From Lama guanicoe (lineage: Eukaryota), in the NCBI GenBank assembly GCA_013239625.1, contig MU053588.1, positions 2,862,508 to 2,926,507 on the forward strand: a DNA stretch of 64,000 bases, read 5' to 3'. Shown in pieces: positions 62,093 to 64,000 of this stretch. Positions within the stretch are counted from its first letter, which is position 1. Every line of letters starts with the position of its first letter. Below the pieces are notes generated by a model, which was not told the origin of the DNA, made no database searches, and saw nothing but the letters and a program-made list of their open reading frames with translations. The translations under genes were made by a program, and so were the position numbers.

Positions 62093-64000
62093 TGGGACTG
62101 AAGCTAATAGATATGCTCATCATGTTTTCCAAGGATTATTTCATGTATGAAAGTTTTCAAATTCCTACAGGGCAATATGGCTACATTCTCATGGATAAGG
62201 TATGAATATTTCTGACAGACAAATTAGTGGCATATCCAATAATCCAGTCACCAACATTCTTAAAGCAGATGTCTATTCTTTGATTGAAGATTGTTTTTAT
62301 AAATTTACTGGGAAAAGTTATTCCAGTTGTACACAGCCAAACTGTCATGCCACTGTAAAAGCAATATCCTATATTGTCTTAAAGATGATGCACCATGAAC
62401 CAAAACAGTGATTGTGGTGTAATTACTAATGATAAATCTAGCAGAGCATATATCTACTTTCTGGTGGTAGTATCTTCTCGTCCCTGCCTCCTCAAAAGTT
62501 ACTCTCCAATCATATCAACAACCACTGGCCAGAAGTTTCCATCACCAACTCATTGATTTCTAAATCACTTTACCAATTCTACCTGCCAGGCAAAGATGAC
62601 AGACTTGAACTTGTACACAGAAGGTTTTAGTAAATTACTAAGGAAGAATGTGACTTCACTGCCTAATCTATGGATTATGGAGACTTCCTTCTCTTGTGGA
62701 GTTCAGGTCTCTGGTTTGGGACCTGAGTCAAAGAGGGGGCTCAAATTGGAGAGAACCCAGGGGATGGGGGAAGAAGAGGTCCACATTTGTTAAGGGGAAA
62801 GATGCTGAAGGGTTTGAGCCTGGATAGGATTTGGAAAAAGAGATGGGGTTGTTTCAAAAGGTGAAAATCTGAAATGAAACACCCTGAGGGGGGTCTCTGG
62901 AACCTCATGGCCCAAAAGCAGAGTAAGTGCCCACTGTGGGTGGTAGATGGCACATTGCTGGATTTGAGGACAGATATCCAGACATGACAGAGTAGAGCTC
63001 TCAGCCTTGAGCATTCAAGTGAGGAAAAAATAAGGGGCAGAAGAGGGAGGAAGCCTTCCAGAGGGGCAAACTGCCAAAAGACTTCAACCGGCCAGAAAAT
63101 TTCACTGTCTCTGTGGCATGCCAAACAGTACAAGGTGTTAAAAGTCAACACTGGAAGTAACCTGACTGTAAAGCACCTGAGGTCATATGAACATGAGAAG
63201 ACAATTAAGGGAGGAAAAAGTTCACAAGAAACACAAGAAATGATTCTAGTCAGAAATGGCATCTTTGCTCTTTCTGTTTTGCTCTTTTGCTATTTGCAGA
63301 TTATTCAGAGAGGAAGAAAAATCTTTCTTTTAAAACTTCTTCTTCAAAGCTAATCAGTCATCCAAGAGAGTTTTTTTTCCTTTTAACAGAGAGAATACCA
63401 ACTACCACTCTTAAGTCAGTAGACTATTTGAAATTAAAACTCCTCTCTATAAATTCTTATACGTAAACAACTACTGCATGATTCCACTTATATGAGGTTA
63501 TAAACTGGTCAAACACACAAAAATCACAAAAAGTGTAATTCCCTTTTAGGCATTGTCTAAGGTCTTCCTCTTGGAAAATGAGGACTCAGCAGCTTTCTTC
63601 CCTATCACCACTAAACATATGCACCCTTCCCACCTCCATCTTTCCAATATTTTCCTAAGAACAACATTTAGTGTAGACTTTATTATGTCTATTTAATGTT
63701 ATTGATGAAATAAAATTATTTTAAGGCAGGGCAAGAAAAATGTAAACGCAAAAATCGATCTGTTTTTGGGCTACCACCTCTCCCCTTTGCTGTACATTGT
63801 GCATCTGCATTATACATTAACTAGATACCATTAGAAGGCTCAGGAATGCCTGCTCAACAGAATAAAAATGCAATTTTGTTCTGGCACCAGCCAGGTAACT
63901 CCTTAAGAGATAACATTTCTTGTTTAATCCTGTGAGGGAGTCATGATGACCCACCTTGGACACACAGGTCTGGACTATATAAACTACAATATGGTACTTT

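Overview
Mammalian genomic DNA, most likely camelid: the tRNA-derived SINEs resemble Vic-1, and I saw no Alu, Bov or PRE elements. The window is syntenic with human 19q13.2. The first ~24 kb is gene-dense: BCKDHA exons 4-9 (+), single-coding-exon B3GNT8 (-), DMAC2/ATP5SL with 6 coding exons (-) and ERICH4 with 2 coding exons (+). All have intact frames and GT-AG splice sites. The remaining ~40 kb is almost entirely retroelements: L1, MaLR/MLT LTRs, several ERVL remnants, a near-complete but defective betaretrovirus-like provirus (40093-47775, -) and a gag-pro-only class I provirus (50740-56310, -). The most notable observations are five. (1) An intact, CpG-retaining, intronless 104-aa orphan ORF (56581-56895, -) with a strong Kozak context, a possible CARD-like pattern and signs of a paralog. 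(2) A tRNA-Trp primer site and discordant U5 regions in the betaretrovirus-like provirus. (3) About 27 copies of a hairpin-forming 55-bp repeat carrying a splice donor in the class I ERV leader. (4) A TSD-flanked U6atac snRNA-L1 chimeric retrocopy. (5) A probable orphan retrotransduction inside an L1. Repeat-family names and homology calls are from memory, not database searches.
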